The position numbers were made by a program, and so were the translations under genes. The notes beneath the pieces are model-generated. The model had not been told where the DNA came from. It did no database searches and worked only from the letters and a program-made list of their open reading frames with translations. This document shows, one piece after another, positions 47,672-62,500 of a DNA stretch of 64,000 nt. The stretch's first letter is position 1; every line of letters begins with the position of its first letter. The DNA comes from Enoplolaimus lenunculus (Eukaryota), in NCBI GenBank assembly GCA_030248215.1, contig JASANG010001329.1, forward strand, positions 1 to 64,000, read 5' to 3'.

Positions 47672-50600
47672 TCACTTACTGACGGAATACCCTGGTAGCG
47701 TTTCTGACGTAGATACTTTATTTTAAAGTTTTAATTTAATTTAAAAAAATTAAAATTTATGACGGGTGCACAGGTCTACCCACTGTTTCCAAAATTTTGA
47801 TATTTTGGTGTCACTGTAACGTAAGATATTGGGTTCTTGGGCTTCAGCAACGACTTAGGCGAAGACTTCAGGCTTAGGTTTAAAGCTTGCGAGACCGAAT
47901 GTGGAAGCGACAATTAATGTTTTTTGAGGCTATGCCGTATTTCAATCAGGTCGACGTTTGGATCTGCCGATTTTTCAATCAAATGCAGCGCCATAAAATT
48001 CATCTGAGCTTTGTTTTCAGAATATTGAGTCAATTTTAAATTGTTTTTAAAACTATGAGTATTCCGTCAAGTACGACTATTCTTGCATGGAGCTGCAATC
48101 CCACATTTTATCTAAAAATTTTTTAGCAGAATTTTAAAAAACATATAGTTTCAACATTTCGTCAGGGGCGTAGCCACTATTTCATTCCAGAAAGGTATCA
48201 CATAAAAGTTAGAGAACACCATATTCTAAAGGAGCTATTTTCTTGTCTCCAGAAATTTCCAAAAGCGATATATACCCGGTATCTCTAGTTGTATGAACGC
48301 CCCTGGTTTTCATCTGATCACAACTTTACCCGCAGGATTCGATCCAAAAATCAACGGAACTTCAAGCTGAAGGCCAGTCGGTTCAATTTCAAATATCAAA
48401 CTGTACTCAATGTTCACTGCACAATTGATTTGCGTTGGAAATATGCGAATTTCAGCTCCGCCTACGCCGGTTGCATACAATGGGACCATTTCGTACTCGA
48501 AAATCTGTCGCGTTCTTGCTGGGATTGCTCCCCAATCTTTGGAGCCAACCAAAATGTTCGACTCCTTCATTTCGTCAGTTTGTAGGAATTCTGATTGCCC
48601 GTAAAAACGAATGTGTTGAATGATTTTGGCGTTAACGCTTGTGATCGAGCGCCGGCTACGGTTTGCGACTTCTGCGGATATTAGGACCGGATCTCCAATA
48701 CCAGTACCTAATTGATGTAAACGAAGTGAAGCACGGATGTGTCCGGTACGTATGCAGCAACACGAATAAAAATATAGCATGTCTTCAGTTTCGACAGGTC
48801 TGAATATAAATTCATGCAGTCTTTAGTATTCAGCCGAGCTTAAATTTCTAGCGATTATCGATTACTGTATTAGCCCGAATAAGAGGGGGGTAATAAGAGG
48901 GGGGCCGCCAATTTGGGTCCGAATCAATAGGAGTCCGCATCCCTAATAAGAGTCCGTAAGCGGATAGAGTCCCTAAGCCCTAATTAGAGTTCATAAATGT
49001 CAATTAACCCTAATTGTAGCACACAAATGACTCCAGGACCAAATAATTTGAGTTTGAAACTTTAAAGCGTACTTAAATTTTGAAAGTACATTCCTAAGTA
49101 TAACCTTTTATTATCGCTCAAACTATTGAAACGAGACAAATATACGTATAATTCAACGGATAGTTGCAGTCCCGGATATATATCAGTAACGAAGGGCGGC
49201 GGAGCGTGGGTTAAAAATAAATAACAGTCCGTAACCGAATAACAAGGGGGGATACCCTCTGGAGAGGCCAAATAAATATCAGCCCCCCCTCTTATTCGGG
49301 TCAATACAGTAATCTTAAAGCAATAAATTTATGAAAAGAAATCACCGAAGGTGTCACACAACTTTCGAGATATTTTATAGAACAATTTAGCAAAAAACAG
49401 CATAAATATCGTCAACATAAGCATACGATAAGACAGGCGTTATTTTAGTTTTACACTCTTTTCAAAAGTATCAAAAAATTTAAGCTCCTGAAATCAAAAT
49501 GCCAATGTCAAGAACAGGGACAGAACAGTATTATAAGCTTATTCCTAAGCTTATGCCTGACTACGCGCAAGAATGAGCGTATTCCTAAGCCTAAGCCTAA
49601 GCCCAAGCCTAAGCGAAACAAAAAAATTAGTCTAAATCTTAAGTTTACTCTTTTCTAGTCCCACAGAAAAATGTTCCGCCTCTGATCATTACATGGGCCA
49701 ATGAAAACAAAGATACCGAGCCGCCCTCTGGGAACACGTCCGATGGCTGTGTATTAATCCTACGGGCATCAGGTATTTAAATAAGTTCGAAGAATTGAAA
49801 ATTTGAACGCTTTCCATGGTAGAAACGAAAACTATGTTTTTCCAGCAAAATTTTCTCTAACTGACGGGTGTGCTTAAGCTCATTTTGTAACCGCTTTGGT
49901 GAAACTAAACAATACGTAGTATTAACCAAGAAATCACGTTTACCAATAAAATTATTTCAACACTCAGATGCCGCCGTATTTACCTTGAATTGAGTGGATT
50001 GAGGCGTAAATCTAAAACTGTTGTGATGTTGAGATCAATACAAGCGTCGATTGTGTTACTGTGTGGATTAATCCCGAGGACGGCGCAAACTAAATTGCGC
50101 TGACCAGATACGATAAGAACTGCCCTGAGCTAAAATAAAAAAGAACGCAAACTTCATATATACTTTTTTAAAACAGACTCGTCACGAAGTATTGTTGTCC
50201 TTAAAATTCACAATATTAACTTTCTATTTCCCGGCCCATGTAAAGATCAGGGGCGGAACGTTTTTCTATGGAACTACAAATAAGTAAAATTAAGCTTTAG
50301 ACTAACGTTTTTGCTGGCATAGGCTTAAGCTTAGGCTTTGAAATATGTTCATTCTTACGCGTAGGCTTAGGTTTATTGCTAGGAATATGCTTTATATAAT
50401 ACTGTTCTGCCCCTGTTCTTTATATTGGCCTATTTCCCGAAGGTGCAGCTCGTTTGACGATTCGGGCTGTTTACTGCTGCGTTCGTTCAAGAACATACTG
50501 GCTTAAGTAGAAACTTCGCTTAAGCTTTGTAGCTTTGATTTAAGTCCGAGGTTTACAATAAAATTTTGTGATTGCTAAAATAGTTCATGTTGCAAAGTCG

Positions 50601-51265
50601 TTGCACTAATTTTTGGCATCTGTCCCTGGTTTCTAAGAGAAAAAACTTGAAGCAGTACTGTGCATATACCTAAATTTTTCCCTTATATATCCTGAGATCG
50701 TTTTCGGACTTTAAGTCGAAAATCGAGTTAAGTCATAGTTCGACTTAAAGAATGTCTCATTAAGCCAGTCAATAGCTTCTATTCTATGGAAACATACTAA
50801 TTGCATACGGCGTATATTACCAAAACCCCTCCTCTCCTTCAGCCGCTTTTACGCTAAAAAGTCCTCTCAGCTAGCCACACTTGCGCTTACCTTATACCTG
50901 ATATACCCCCATTCTCCTTCAACCGACGACGGCAACTCGAACGGTAATTGAATTCCAAACGGAAGTACATGACTACCAGGTGGAATTTTGGCTCCTCCAG
51001 TGTCAGGTTCTGAGCTTTGTGATATCAAATGTCCAATCGGGATGTCAAGAACCCGGTCAATATAGGTTTGATTGAACGTAAACGCTTGCTCAGATGTTTT
51101 ATTCAACCACGACGTGCTACCTTCGCCTTTGATGTGAACGTATAGCTGTTCTAAGTCGATTTCATCGCTTGCATTGAGCAACAGGTTGCCTGCGATTTGT
51201 TCACCGGCAAAGTATGCGCCGTTCTCGCGCGACACAATTAGTTCAAATTTGTCGATTCTTGTCAT
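47672..51265 (-). CDS. Alpha-arrestin / arrestin domain-containing protein (ARRDC-like); exons 51265-50891, 50129-49984, 48799-48330 and a probable 47703-47672 (or read-through to the stop at 48310)
   Basis: Arrestin_N motifs YFAGEQIAG, IKGEGSTSW, PPGSHVLPFGIQLPFELPSSVEGEWGYIRY. Arrestin_C motifs CCCIRTGHI, GDPVLISAEVANRS, INCAVNIEYSL, LEVPLIFGS. Phase-compatible GT-AG introns. Confidence 0.88.
48865..49309. mobile_element. TA-flanked MITE, same family as 59089-59538, in an arrestin intron
   Basis: TA-CTGTATTAGCCCGAATAAGAGGGGG ... CCCCCTCTTATTCGGGTCAATACAG-TA. Confidence 0.85.
49500..49699. mobile_element. Same telomeric-repeat MITE family
   Basis: Matching TIRs; TSD AATCAAAA/AATGAAAA; (CCTAAG)n core. 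Confidence 0.8.
50233..50430. mobile_element. Same telomeric-repeat MITE family (opposite orientation), in an arrestin intron
   Basis: TIRs GGCCCATGTAAAGATCAGGGGCGGAAC ... GTTCTGCCCCTGTTCTTTATATTGGCC; perfect 8-bp TSD TATTTCCC. Confidence 0.85.
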
Positions 51266-53101
51266 TTAATTGTGGTCATTGGTAAGAATTTTAAACGCGA
51301 TAGTTGAACATTGTACAATATTACAAAATATATTAATTTTCTACTTAAATTAAATTTAACTGGTTATATTAAATGAACAGTAGTTTGTTAAAATAATATA
51401 CATTTTGTATATAACAATAAGGTCGGCACTAAATATTTGTGTCACTTATTAATAGCTGAAACTAACGAAAATTTTGAGGCAATAATTTTACCTAATAATG
51501 ATACTATTAATATTTCTTTGACATTGGTTACAAAATGAGTGAAACTTCAAAAAAGATTTTAGGCACTGTATTGCTGTACACTCAAAATAATATTTCTGAT
51601 ATTTAAGAAAATTTCTTACATTTAGGAAATATAATTAGCAAGTTGCACTTGAAAAGTATTTCTGTTATAACAGAAATGTTTTCAAAAACGCTTTGAAATA
51701 AAGTTTGAAAATAAACGTTTTCCAGTTATTTTTACAAAAATTATCTTAAATATCAGAAAAACGTTTCAGATTTGCCACAGAAAATAGTTTTCTGAATAAA
51801 TTCAGAAATACTTTTTTATGTGTAGTGACCCGAGTACGAGGGAGTAATGAGAGGGGGTTCTCATATTGAGTCCCATCAATAGGAGTCCGCATCCCTAATA
51901 AGAGTCAGTCCATATATGTCAATTATTCATAATTTTAATGTATAAATGACTCCAAGGCCAAATAAAGTTGAATTCAACACGTTAAAACATACTTATGTTT
52001 TGAAAGTTTATTCCTATTAAGTACAACCTTGCATTGTCGCGCAAGCTTTTTTTGATACAAGACAAATCAACGCTTCAATCCAACGGATTGCAATATCGGA
52101 TATATTAGAAATGAAGGGTGGCTGAGGGCGGGTTAAAAACAATATCATTTATTAATAATGACAACTGGAGAAAATTTTTGACGCAGTAGTTTAGCATTAT
52201 TGGCAGATGACTTGACGATTTCTTTTGTAAGCGGAATAATATTAGTTGGTTATAATATGATCTAAAAGTTGCTAAAACTCGTGTGTAGTTCCAGTTTTAA
52301 ACACATTTTGTAACCGCACTGTGAGCTCTAATTTCGATTATTCGTTAACAAATTGACAAATTTTTTAAAGTGACGTGGCATTGATTAATAAAGGATTCTA
52401 ATCCATTAATTTATTAGCGAAATAATGTTAGCTTGAAGTATGATTACAAAATAAGTATACACTTTGTAAAACGTTTCAGCTACAGTACATTCAATGTACG
52501 CTGACAATGTATGAGTTTGACAGTGAAAAAGTTACTCATATTTGCTAAAAAATGTATTGTAGCATAGTTATAGGCCCACTGCAATTGGCTTGACCAACAT
52601 GCCTGCTATACGTCGTTCTTGAGTCGTTAATACTGAAAATGTTGACGCTATAGTATATTAACACGGTAGTTGATGCCAGTATAAATTTTGATATTTGGTA
52701 GCAAAAACTTTGTGCTTCTTTACGCAGCCTTAATGCGAATGAAATAGCTGTTTTTTTCAACATAGCAAAACTCTCCTAGTTGTGTTACGCTAAACGTATC
52801 GTAGTTTAGTACATATTTCGTTATTCAATAAATTTTCATTAAAAAACTTTTTAAGTAAGAAAACATCAGAGGCATACGCAAATTGCGATATTATATACGT
52901 AGGATTCGTTATAATAAGAGATCGATGAATAAAATGGCTTAGTAGAAGTATGTTCTGACAGAAGGGCACCAGTTCAGTGAACACTGCGTCATATTACAGT
53001 AAAGGGTTCGAATTTCCATTTTTCCACTGGTTAAAAACGAGTAAAAACAAAAAATTAATATACAAAATGAGCGTATTGGCTCTATTGAAGTTTACTGATT
53101 A

Positions 53102-53447
53102 TGGGTCATCCACGTTAAAATGCACGCACATTTGTAAAAAATGTCCCTTCCTTTTGGGTGCCCACGTTGTCCCTACCCACTCTGTCTATACACTGTCTGA
53201 GATGTCAATATGTCATTGTCTGAATCTTTAGACAATGAATATGCTCTAGGCCTAAATATATACTTGTCCTGACATGACAACATGTATTTGAGTCCCTTCC
53301 GACGGAGTCAAGACAATTAACACTATGTTAGTACAGCTATGAAACTGTACCTTGCCTCCAGGTAGTATGTGTACTTTGATGCTGTTCCGAATGTGGTGGG
53401 TGGAACATTTATTACATCGGCGCGTGCATTTTAACGTGGATGACCCA
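53102..53447. mobile_element. PIF/Harbinger-type (Tourist-like) MITE
   Basis: Perfect 26-bp TIR TGGGTCATCCACGTTAAAATGCACGC; 3-bp TSD TTA/TTA. Confidence 0.8.
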
Positions 53448-56098
53448 TTATGGTTTAGACTAATTCTACATATGTACGCGTAAAAATCGCTTCATGTTAG
53501 CTTTTATACCATAGCACTGTCGGTTCAATTGAAGGTTTTCCTACCGACAATTAAGGGTGGCAACTTGAATTGATACCATGAGGAGGGTTAAACTTTAGTT
53601 GATACTATCAAGTTAGTTTAGCGCATATTTGCAAAAATTTGGTTGTTCAGTTCGTGAAATTTTAGGTTACATGTAATCCTATCAATATTAGTAGGTAGTT
53701 CGGACAAAGGCTGCTGTAAAAAAATTACCGCTTATGGATTAAGCTGTTCTTTGATCAGAGGAATGTTTTCTAAGGCACTTTCTAGATAGCTATTCATACA
53801 AGACTTGTTCTAATAAAGCTGGCAACACCTCTCATAACATCTCGCATATGCTCGTGTGGATTTTGGGGTTGTCGCAGCAACAACAAGTATGCATCGTATG
53901 GAACACTGCTTCACGGGCCTCCGAAGTCAATTTAGAGCAAGAAAGGTACCACCTAGTCAAGCCCATTTAGTTCCCGCAATGAAAATTTCTCATTCGCCCC
54001 ACTCAACATTCTGACTCTTTTGAGCAATTTAAATCATTAGGGGGAAATACTTTAATTGATACCCCTGGAGTAGAGGGAGTAGCTTTAACTGACATCTCAA
54101 ACGGGATTTTATTTGAACCGTTCTGTCTTTGTAAAAAGGCTATAATAGGTCCACGGGGACAATTGCGTTCAATGGTTTTTTTAAAAAATTTTCTTTCGTC
54201 TAATATGTTAGTTGAGATAAACTGCGTTCACGCACAGCTAAATCATATACGCCAGCGCTCCGTAACTTTTCCCTGAACCGTTCGCACCGCTGCGGTGCCT
54301 GCATCAACGTCATCCGAACGATGCATAATCAGCGAAAAAAATAACGCCGTATTTGAACGCTGATTCCGCTAATGCCGTTGAGCTATAAAATTCCATTTTT
54401 CAGAAACAGTGCAAATAGCAGTACAGCATGGAACGAAAACGGATTTGACCAACGTTGCACCAGAGGTAGATATTTGAAATTATCTTCTGATCGCAGAGAG
54501 TTAGCAGCTTCACGCAAATTTTACTCTTCAAGTCAAACAGTAAAGTTTCAAAATTAATCATCAGTCCAAAAAACGTACACATCTTTTTATATAACTTAAG
54601 TTCATTCTGACACTGGTTCACGCTTATATTCGCACGTCAATTGTCATTGGACGAATCCATTTCGTATCGCGGTTGAAACCACAAATCCTGACTACGATCA
54701 CGTTACTAGGAGGGTTGTTTGTAGCTTTAATTTAGTGTTTCAACATAAAAACTAATTAAAACCATTTTTGCTTAAATCAGATCGGCCATGTGCTCGTAGG
54801 CAGCTCAAAGTAGAAAAAGGGGCTTCAAGTTTTCGCAAAGTTTATGTAAAAACGTCAAATGACTTGCAAACAAAGTTGCAAGTTTCGGTGCCCTTACGCT
54901 GTCTAAAGACCTAACCAGACGGTTTCAATACGATTTGTTTAGCACCAAAACCATAAACCAGGAATGCGTGCTTGATGTAGCCGAACGCTAATGATCCCAC
55001 GAGCCCTAAACCAGTTTTTTTCGTTCATTCGGCGTGATTCCGCCACTACAATTGTTGATTAGCTTGCGTCTAGTTTTCCGCGCAGACATCGGGTGCACGA
55101 AAATCAATGCTTAGTAAAGCTTATGAAATAAAATTTTGTAATGTTTAAGTCTCAGTCGTGACCAGAGTGAATATTCTAGAAACATTCTGTGTTTGGTTAA
55201 CCTCTCGCACAGATGAGTGCTGATTTGAAAAGCAGTTGAGACTGAGCGGCAAGTGAGGCTAAAAATTTTCAATTTTTGCCTCAGTGTAGAAACCGTACTT
55301 CTGTATCGCATATACTCACTCCCTTTAACGAGCTTAGACGTATACGTTTGGCTACATTTTAGTTTACAGTTATCAAAATAGCTGTATCAGCATTATTTTA
55401 AACACCCTACTTATGCTTGACATCCGATTTCGGTATTTTTCACCCTTGTGAAACCCGAATAACCCTGACATATTCTCAAGTTTATTGCACCCGGTGAATG
55501 TCTGGGACTGTTATAATGACATCACCCTTTGAACTCAAGGTTCACACTTCAATCAAATTCTGTAGCTTGAGTGCAGTATTGTCAAAAATAAACATAATAA
55601 CACGCGACAACAAATGAGTTCGTTTTTTTAATTAATATGTTTTAGTGGCGAAAAAACGAAACTTAAAACCAGCTGAAAGCGCAACGGTAATGCTAACATT
55701 ATTCAGCTTACAGGCTAAATGTATTTAATGACCGGAATCAATAAAATAAATGCGATCTTGAAGTTTCTATGAGAAAATAGCTTTAAAGGTTCTTTCCTGA
55801 ATGTTTTGTACTACGTGAATTACAGCAGAATCGCTATTCTGCTACCTGAAGCTTGGGGGGCAGGTGGGGCTCATTCCTCCGAAATTTTTCGACCCTACGT
55901 GAAATATGATTTCACATGTAAGTTGTATAAAATCTTTGCGCGCTCCGCTTAACATTCTATTGCCGTTCTTGTTTACCGTACAAAACATTTGCTAGCAACA
56001 AACCAAGAGGTGGAATTGAAAATTCGAGTGAAATCTAAGCGCTATTGTAATAAATTTCAATCGGAACCAACAAAATAAATGCAATCTGTAGGTTTCTA

Positions 56099-56691
56099 GC
56101 GTCTGTTCCGCTATTCCCCCAGCCCGCGTTTACCCAAAAATCGTTGGATTTAAATTTTTTTGGCATATTTGAGCTTTTCCTGACCTCCCCTGATCATTCC
56201 ACGCCTAAGTTTGAATTTATGAAAAATTCGATTTTAAGGCTTTAAGGTCTTGTCTTCCCTTCGGAACCAGAAAAATTTTGCCAAAAAGTTCGACAAATTA
56301 TACATCGTTCGATGCAGCTTGCGGCGCTGTGTGCAATGGGGTTAAGTTTTTGCAATCACACGATTGGTTAACGAGTTATTGTGAAATAACTGATTTAACA
56401 CTGCCAACAGATTTGTGTCGGCGCCAAATCAGTTGTTGGACCATAATTCGTTAACCAATTGTCTGATTGCAAAAAAACTTAACACCATTACACTTAGCTC
56501 CGCAAGCTACATTGAATGGTATCTAATTTGTCAAACTTTTTGGCAAATTTTTTTGGGTCTTCCAATTTTTAAAAAAATCAAATTTAGACATGGAAACACG
56601 ACAGGATGTCAAGAGAAGCTAAAATATTCGAAAATTTTCAAAATAGAACTATTTTTGGTCAAACGCTGGCTGGAGGATAACGGAAAAAACC
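56099..56691. mobile_element. Foldback/MITE-like element with long imperfect inverted repeats
   Basis: TTCCGCTATTCCCCCAGC ... GCTGGAGGATAACGGAA ends; inner arms AAAATTTTGCCAAAAAGTTCGACAAATTA / TAATTTGTCAAACTTTTTGGCAAATTTT. Confidence 0.6.
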
Positions 56692-56893
56692 CAGTTTCAA
56701 AACGCTAAACTGGGACGTATAAATATTTGGTTTAGATGAAAACGATTACGTTGGTCACTGATTTGGTTAGGTGTACTTTTGGACGAAATATAAAAATAAA
56801 AACAGTTTGCGATTAGGTTCTAGGTACCTAATTCAGCACAGTCTACAGTCTAGCATTAAATGTACAAATTTCAGCACAACCCTAACCTCTGGT

Positions 56894-57080
56894 GGCCAAT
56901 ATATAACACAGGGTCGGAACGATAGTATAAGCCTAAGCCTTAGCCGAAGCCTAAGCCTAAGCGTAGGATGAGCATATGCATATGCCTCTAAGCCTTAGAA
57001 AAAAATTAGTCTAAAGCTTTAAGCTTTCTCCAATGAAGTCCCGCGGAAAAATGGTTCGCCCTTATAATCTTTACATGGCC
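56894..57080. mobile_element. Same telomeric-repeat MITE family (diverged)
   Basis: GGCCAATATATAACACAGGGTCGGAAC ... TCTTTACATGGCC; AAGCCT array. Confidence 0.7.
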
Positions 57081-59088
57081 ACATTCGTCTTAATAGTATG
57101 GCTCAATTTTGTCGCGCACAATTTTAATTATAAATGCAATTAAAATAAATTGCTTTTACCCTGTTTGTTTTTGTTTTTCGTTTATAAAAATTTACCTCAA
57201 ACAATTCTTGAACCGATTTTCGGGGCTTATAAAACTCCTACTTTAACCAACTCGCAACGACAATCGGGTTGTCCCACATGCGTTGGCCGAGGATCAACTT
57301 TCACCCAATGCAGTAAAAAATAGATGTGGATGAAATCGTTTGGCTGGCACCATTTATTAAATGAAAACATGAAAAATTATACTTGAAATTTATACTAAAT
57401 TACCCTGTTGGTTTGTTTTATTCACTTGTTTTGAATCAATCCGACTCAAAGTCCGTTTATCTTACATATAAACGTGTTCAGATGTTTTCAGTCAGGAGTC
57501 TGCTGCAAATGCATGGACATCTCTGCGGGGGGGGATTGGGAGGCCGAGGCCTCGAAATTCAGTTGGTGTCCTCCAAATTGGACTCGGTCAAAAAGTAAAC
57601 AATCTTGAATTGCAATTGTAGGGGCCCTCCAAAATTATTCTGTGTCCCTTAAATACAATTTTCTGACTTCGCCCGTGTGTAGACAGGGCAATAGGGGTCC
57701 AGGGCGTTTGCCCTTCTCAACTTAAAGAAAAAGTGATGCCATAAACATAATTAGCGACATTGAAAACAAGTAGATGTTAAATCGAAATAAAAACCACGAA
57801 AAGTGATGGTACAAGAAGTTATTGAAAACTTCAATCATTTAGACTCCTGTTTATTTTATGATACGAAGCAATAAAGATTGTGCAGAGTCCACCAAACCCA
57901 ATCATCAACGAGTATGATTGTTGATATTCTGATTGCACCAAATTACTAATTATTTATGTATATCGTTTGTGAGCAAATTCATTTATCTTAATAAACATTT
58001 TCAAAATTTTTTTTCCAAAATCAACGCAGGAACCCAAAGGTTTGTTTTTTGATCCAACCGAGTCCATAGCCACGGATGCGGAGGCAGGGGGTCTCAGACT
58101 CTCTCCGGAAGAAATTTTGGCCCCCTAGAAAATTTTCAACCTTGCGTGTAAACTCAACAAAAATTCTTGTATGCCCCTCTTGAAAATTTTTTAGCTCCCA
58201 TAACAAGCGAGCTGGCGGCCTGGATACAACTTTGGTTGTACTATAAGGTTACACTAATGCATACAGATTCGATTCAAGCCCAAAAATGTGTAACAAGAAC
58301 AAGTTTGGCCTTAACGAAGTAGCAGCCAATTGATGACAGTGGTAACAACTTTCAATTTGTTACACAAAAAGCTTCCGCTCCATTCGAAGGTTCTTACAAA
58401 CTTTGATTTTCTAAAATTACAGAGAAACCCGTGGCTTGGTATCATTGTAAATGTTTAAATTCAAAAATGAAAAGCATAAAAACAAAACGAAAGAGTCGAA
58501 CAAAACTGTACATAAAATAAGTCCGAAAACAACACTGTTAATACGGGTTTGTGTAAATAATGTATCGCATACATATTTTTCCTATTAAAGTTACCATATA
58601 CGCAGCTGTGTTTTACGGAAAAAATATTGTTAAATAAGGTTTGTTTATTCATCTATGAGTGGTAGAAGGGGCTACAAATTGCTAAAAGGGCAAATTAAGA
58701 TTTCATCCGATTTACAATTTTACAGGCATACAAAATCAATTTTTGAGGGACAGAGCACTAATGCCGTCCTCTGGCTACGGGCTCGGGTTAAATATTATCT
58801 TTTGAAGTTGAAGCAAAAAACAAATAAAGTTTCGCCTTTTTGCGTAAACATTTTTTATTCGTGACTCAAACAAACAAAACACGCACGGGTTTAAGTCACA
58901 CGTTGCGGGTATTAATCATTGAAGAATTAACAGCTACATGCAATAGTTATAGTCTGTAAAGTATTGTAGAATGTCAACTTAACAGCTTGTAACATAGAAT
59001 AAGCTTAGCTCGATGAACAATATTACATTTTGAGTGTACTTATCGCAAAATCAATTATTCCCTGATATACGTACAAGCGTAAAGCCTA

Positions 59089-59538
59089 CTGTAGTGACCC
59101 GAATAAGAGGGCGCAGGGTAATAAGGGGAGGTCCGTCGTTTTGAGTCCCAACCAATAGGAGTCCGTATCCCTAATAAGAGTCTGTAAGCGGATAGATTCC
59201 CTAAATCCTAATTAGAGTTCACTAAGGTCAGTTATTCTTAGTTGTAGTGCATAAATGACTCTAGGACCAAATAAAATTGAGTTCAAATCTTTAAGGCGTA
59301 CTTAAATTTTGAAAGTACATTCTTAAGTATAACCTTGAATGATCGGTCAAGCTATTGACGCAAGACAAATAAACGTTTAATTCAACGGATAATTGCAGTA
59401 CCGGATATAGATCAGTAACGAAGGGTGGTAGAGCGTTGGTTAAAAATAAATCACAGTCCGTAACCGAATAACATGGGGAGTACCCTCTGGAAAGGCCAAC
59501 TAAATATCAGTCTCCCCATCTTATTCGGGTCACTACAG
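59089..59538. mobile_element. TA-flanked Tc1/mariner/pogo-type MITE; other copies at 48865-49309, 39605-39937 (inverted, internally deleted) and about 51821-52140 (partial)
   Basis: TIR CTGTAGTGACCCGAATAAGA with TA on both sides; internal sequence collinear among copies. Confidence 0.85.
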
Positions 59539-62500
59539 TACGGAACCATTACAAACTTTTTTCTTTCCATAATCCCAAAAACGTCAAACACAAATTTCGA
59601 ACGCAGCCTGCGAGAATGTCTGAACGAACTCCTGGTACATGGAACTGTGTTTTTAACTGATTACCCCACTGCAAACTAATTTTTTTTGCTTACCACGAAG
59701 TCATAGAGCTGTGAGCTGTGAAACATTTAATTAGGGACTTTTCGGACCAGTTTAGGGAGGGATCCGACTATCCTAACGACGGCCTGATTATCTCCGCGTA
59801 ACTCGCTGATAATACACACAGAACCCTTCAAGCATCGTTCGTTATGATCCAAGCACAAGAACAACTTTTGCTAGTACATCTTGCAAACTTTTATTGTTGC
59901 TATTCGCTACAGCAGAGACAGGAAAAGTCAATTAGGCTAAAATTAGCGTTTTTTGCGTGCAAAAAATACCGTATTGCTCTTCAATCCGAAGACACATGAC
60001 ATAAAAAGTGCAAAGCTGATAAAATTGGATCTGGTAAAGCTTCGAAGAACCCTCACAGGCAATTAAAGGTTATCTTTATCATATACCTTGGATTACTAGT
60101 AATGAAATTAGCAACAATCTATAAGCAGTGGCGCTGCAACCAGGGGGACCAGCGTGGGATCTTTCCGAGTCGTAAAGTCAGAAGATTTTGCATTTGCAAA
60201 AACGTTGAATGAAAATTTGAATTGTAGATACATAAACTGCAAAAAATAGTTAGTCAAATTAACTTTGACCGAAATAGGCTCTACGGGCCTACATAAATTG
60301 AGTCAAATTCGACTCCGCCAGAGTCAAACATACGGCTTAGTGTGTCGAATTTGACTCTTTTGGAGAGAGTCAATTTGACGCACCATTTTTACACTGTAGT
60401 GAAACATATGTGAACAAGCATTGAAGGAGCCTAGATTAGTCTCGTGTTGGGTAGCAATTTTGAGGCCTTCAGCGTCACCGACAGAAGTTTAATTTTTCAA
60501 AAGTTTTCTCTTTTAACCAGTCCAGTGTTCTTACTTGATCGGGGCAGCCTCCAACTACCAACCCAAAATTCAGGTTTGTATAGTGGAAAAATTTCAATTT
60601 GCCAAATTGCAACCTTTAATCATGACATTATGCTGCTGAAATAGTTCACAACCAACAAAACGAATATTATATAATGCGGTAATCAAAACCTTTCGTCAGT
60701 CATAAAATAATAATTAATTTTGAAATCAAAGTTCGCAACAAAAAATACGAACGCTTGGTTTACAGTATAATTTTTTTAATATTTCAGTCTCATTTTTGAT
60801 TAGTGAATAACGCAAAGTTATCCGTGATGTATTTTACTGAGCAATAGACAAGTGTGTGGTATATTTATTGCGACATATTTCGACAGCGAGAAACTGAAAT
60901 TGGGTTTTGTTAGGACGTAGGCTTCTTTAGAAATACTAATCGATTCATTTTCTACTTTTACTCTAAAAGCTTAAACTAACTCTATTTAAGAATAAGCTAA
61001 TCTAGCAGAGTTAAACTAACTGTCTAGAATAGGTATATAACTGGTAGGTTACTGCTAAACTCATTTTTAATATGGCATAATCTTAGATTAATGTAAACTT
61101 AATTAATTCTAAATACGATATAATTTGTGAGCAGAGGTTATATACCTTAAATCAAAAATAAGTTTAGTTTAAACCGTTTTAAACTTAAAAATATGTTAGT
61201 TAAACTGAAACTTTAAAATTTTCGTTTAGTCCGTCCAGCCATTTATGTTCTCTTAAACACATATATATTCAAGTTTAGTTAAGCTATAATTCAAATTTAA
61301 GTTTTTAAAAGGTATGAGCATAAAACAAGCCATCTATTCTACAGTCTGCCGTTGCATGCAACAATTGCCGTATATTAAGGCCTGTCAGCAATACACAAGT
61401 ACATTATTGTCTCATTTGTCTTAGTTTTAAAGGTACAAATTAATCCTACTTATATTGCAAAAACGTAGAACATTAGGACTTAAAGCTTAAAATAAATTTC
61501 AAATTTGCTCGCCACATCGAAAACCAGCAGCATTCGTACTGCCGCTGTCTTGAGACTTAGCCTGCGGCGCGGAATACAACCTAATATTCAGAGTTAATCT
61601 AATCTTATTTCACAAGATTATACACATAGTGTTTTTCCTGTCTGCTCAGCACAGTTTTGCTTTTTTTGGTTTGCTCAACTTGCATAAAACTAATCTTACG
61701 AAACATATAAAAGTTATTTTCGTTTAAAACTTTTTTCATGGTTTTAAGGCGTGCATAGTCCGGCCTTTTCTAGAACGATAGTGTTTTGTTCATTTTGTGC
61801 TATTTTTAATCTAACGTGAGACGAACGCGGACGGTATTAAATTTCCAAGCAGAATAAAATTGCAAATTTTTTCAATTTTTTCTATGAGAGAAAGCTTCGC
61901 ATACATCATAAAATCGATAACGTCTAAATTTCTAAACCTTCAAATTTCGGTGCGAAATAACTCAACGCTGTCGAGCGAATTTTATGACGATGCAAAAAAT
62001 TTCAAAAAAATAATGGTTTTGGACAACAATTGTTTTCCCCTTTTACCGTAACTTGCCACTGATACTTGAGCGCGAATGTGCCAAATTCAACCATTAAAGA
62101 AAGAATCCAGTAAATCCTAAAATTTCGCTGCATCTATTTCTACGATCGGCTCTGTGCATGGCTTTTCTAGCGGACCCGGAGCGAGAGGGGGCTAGGGAGT
62201 GCTCAGCCCCCCTAAAACAAATTACCCCCTTAGAAAATTTTCAATCTTGCTTATAAGTCATCGAAAGCTTTTATATATGCCCATCCTTAAATAGATTTGG
62301 CCGGCGTAGCATGATGAGCTTACTACAGGGCCGGTTGCTAGTCAACGTGAAGACTAAATGACCAGAGGTATGGTATATTCTAGTATCATAAGTGAGTTCA
62401 ATTGCAGTGTCGCTCCATACTCTTGTTCCACTGTTTACCCAGTACATACGGGCCGAGTAAATAAAGCGCACCTATAAACGGACTAAATTCAAATTCAAAT

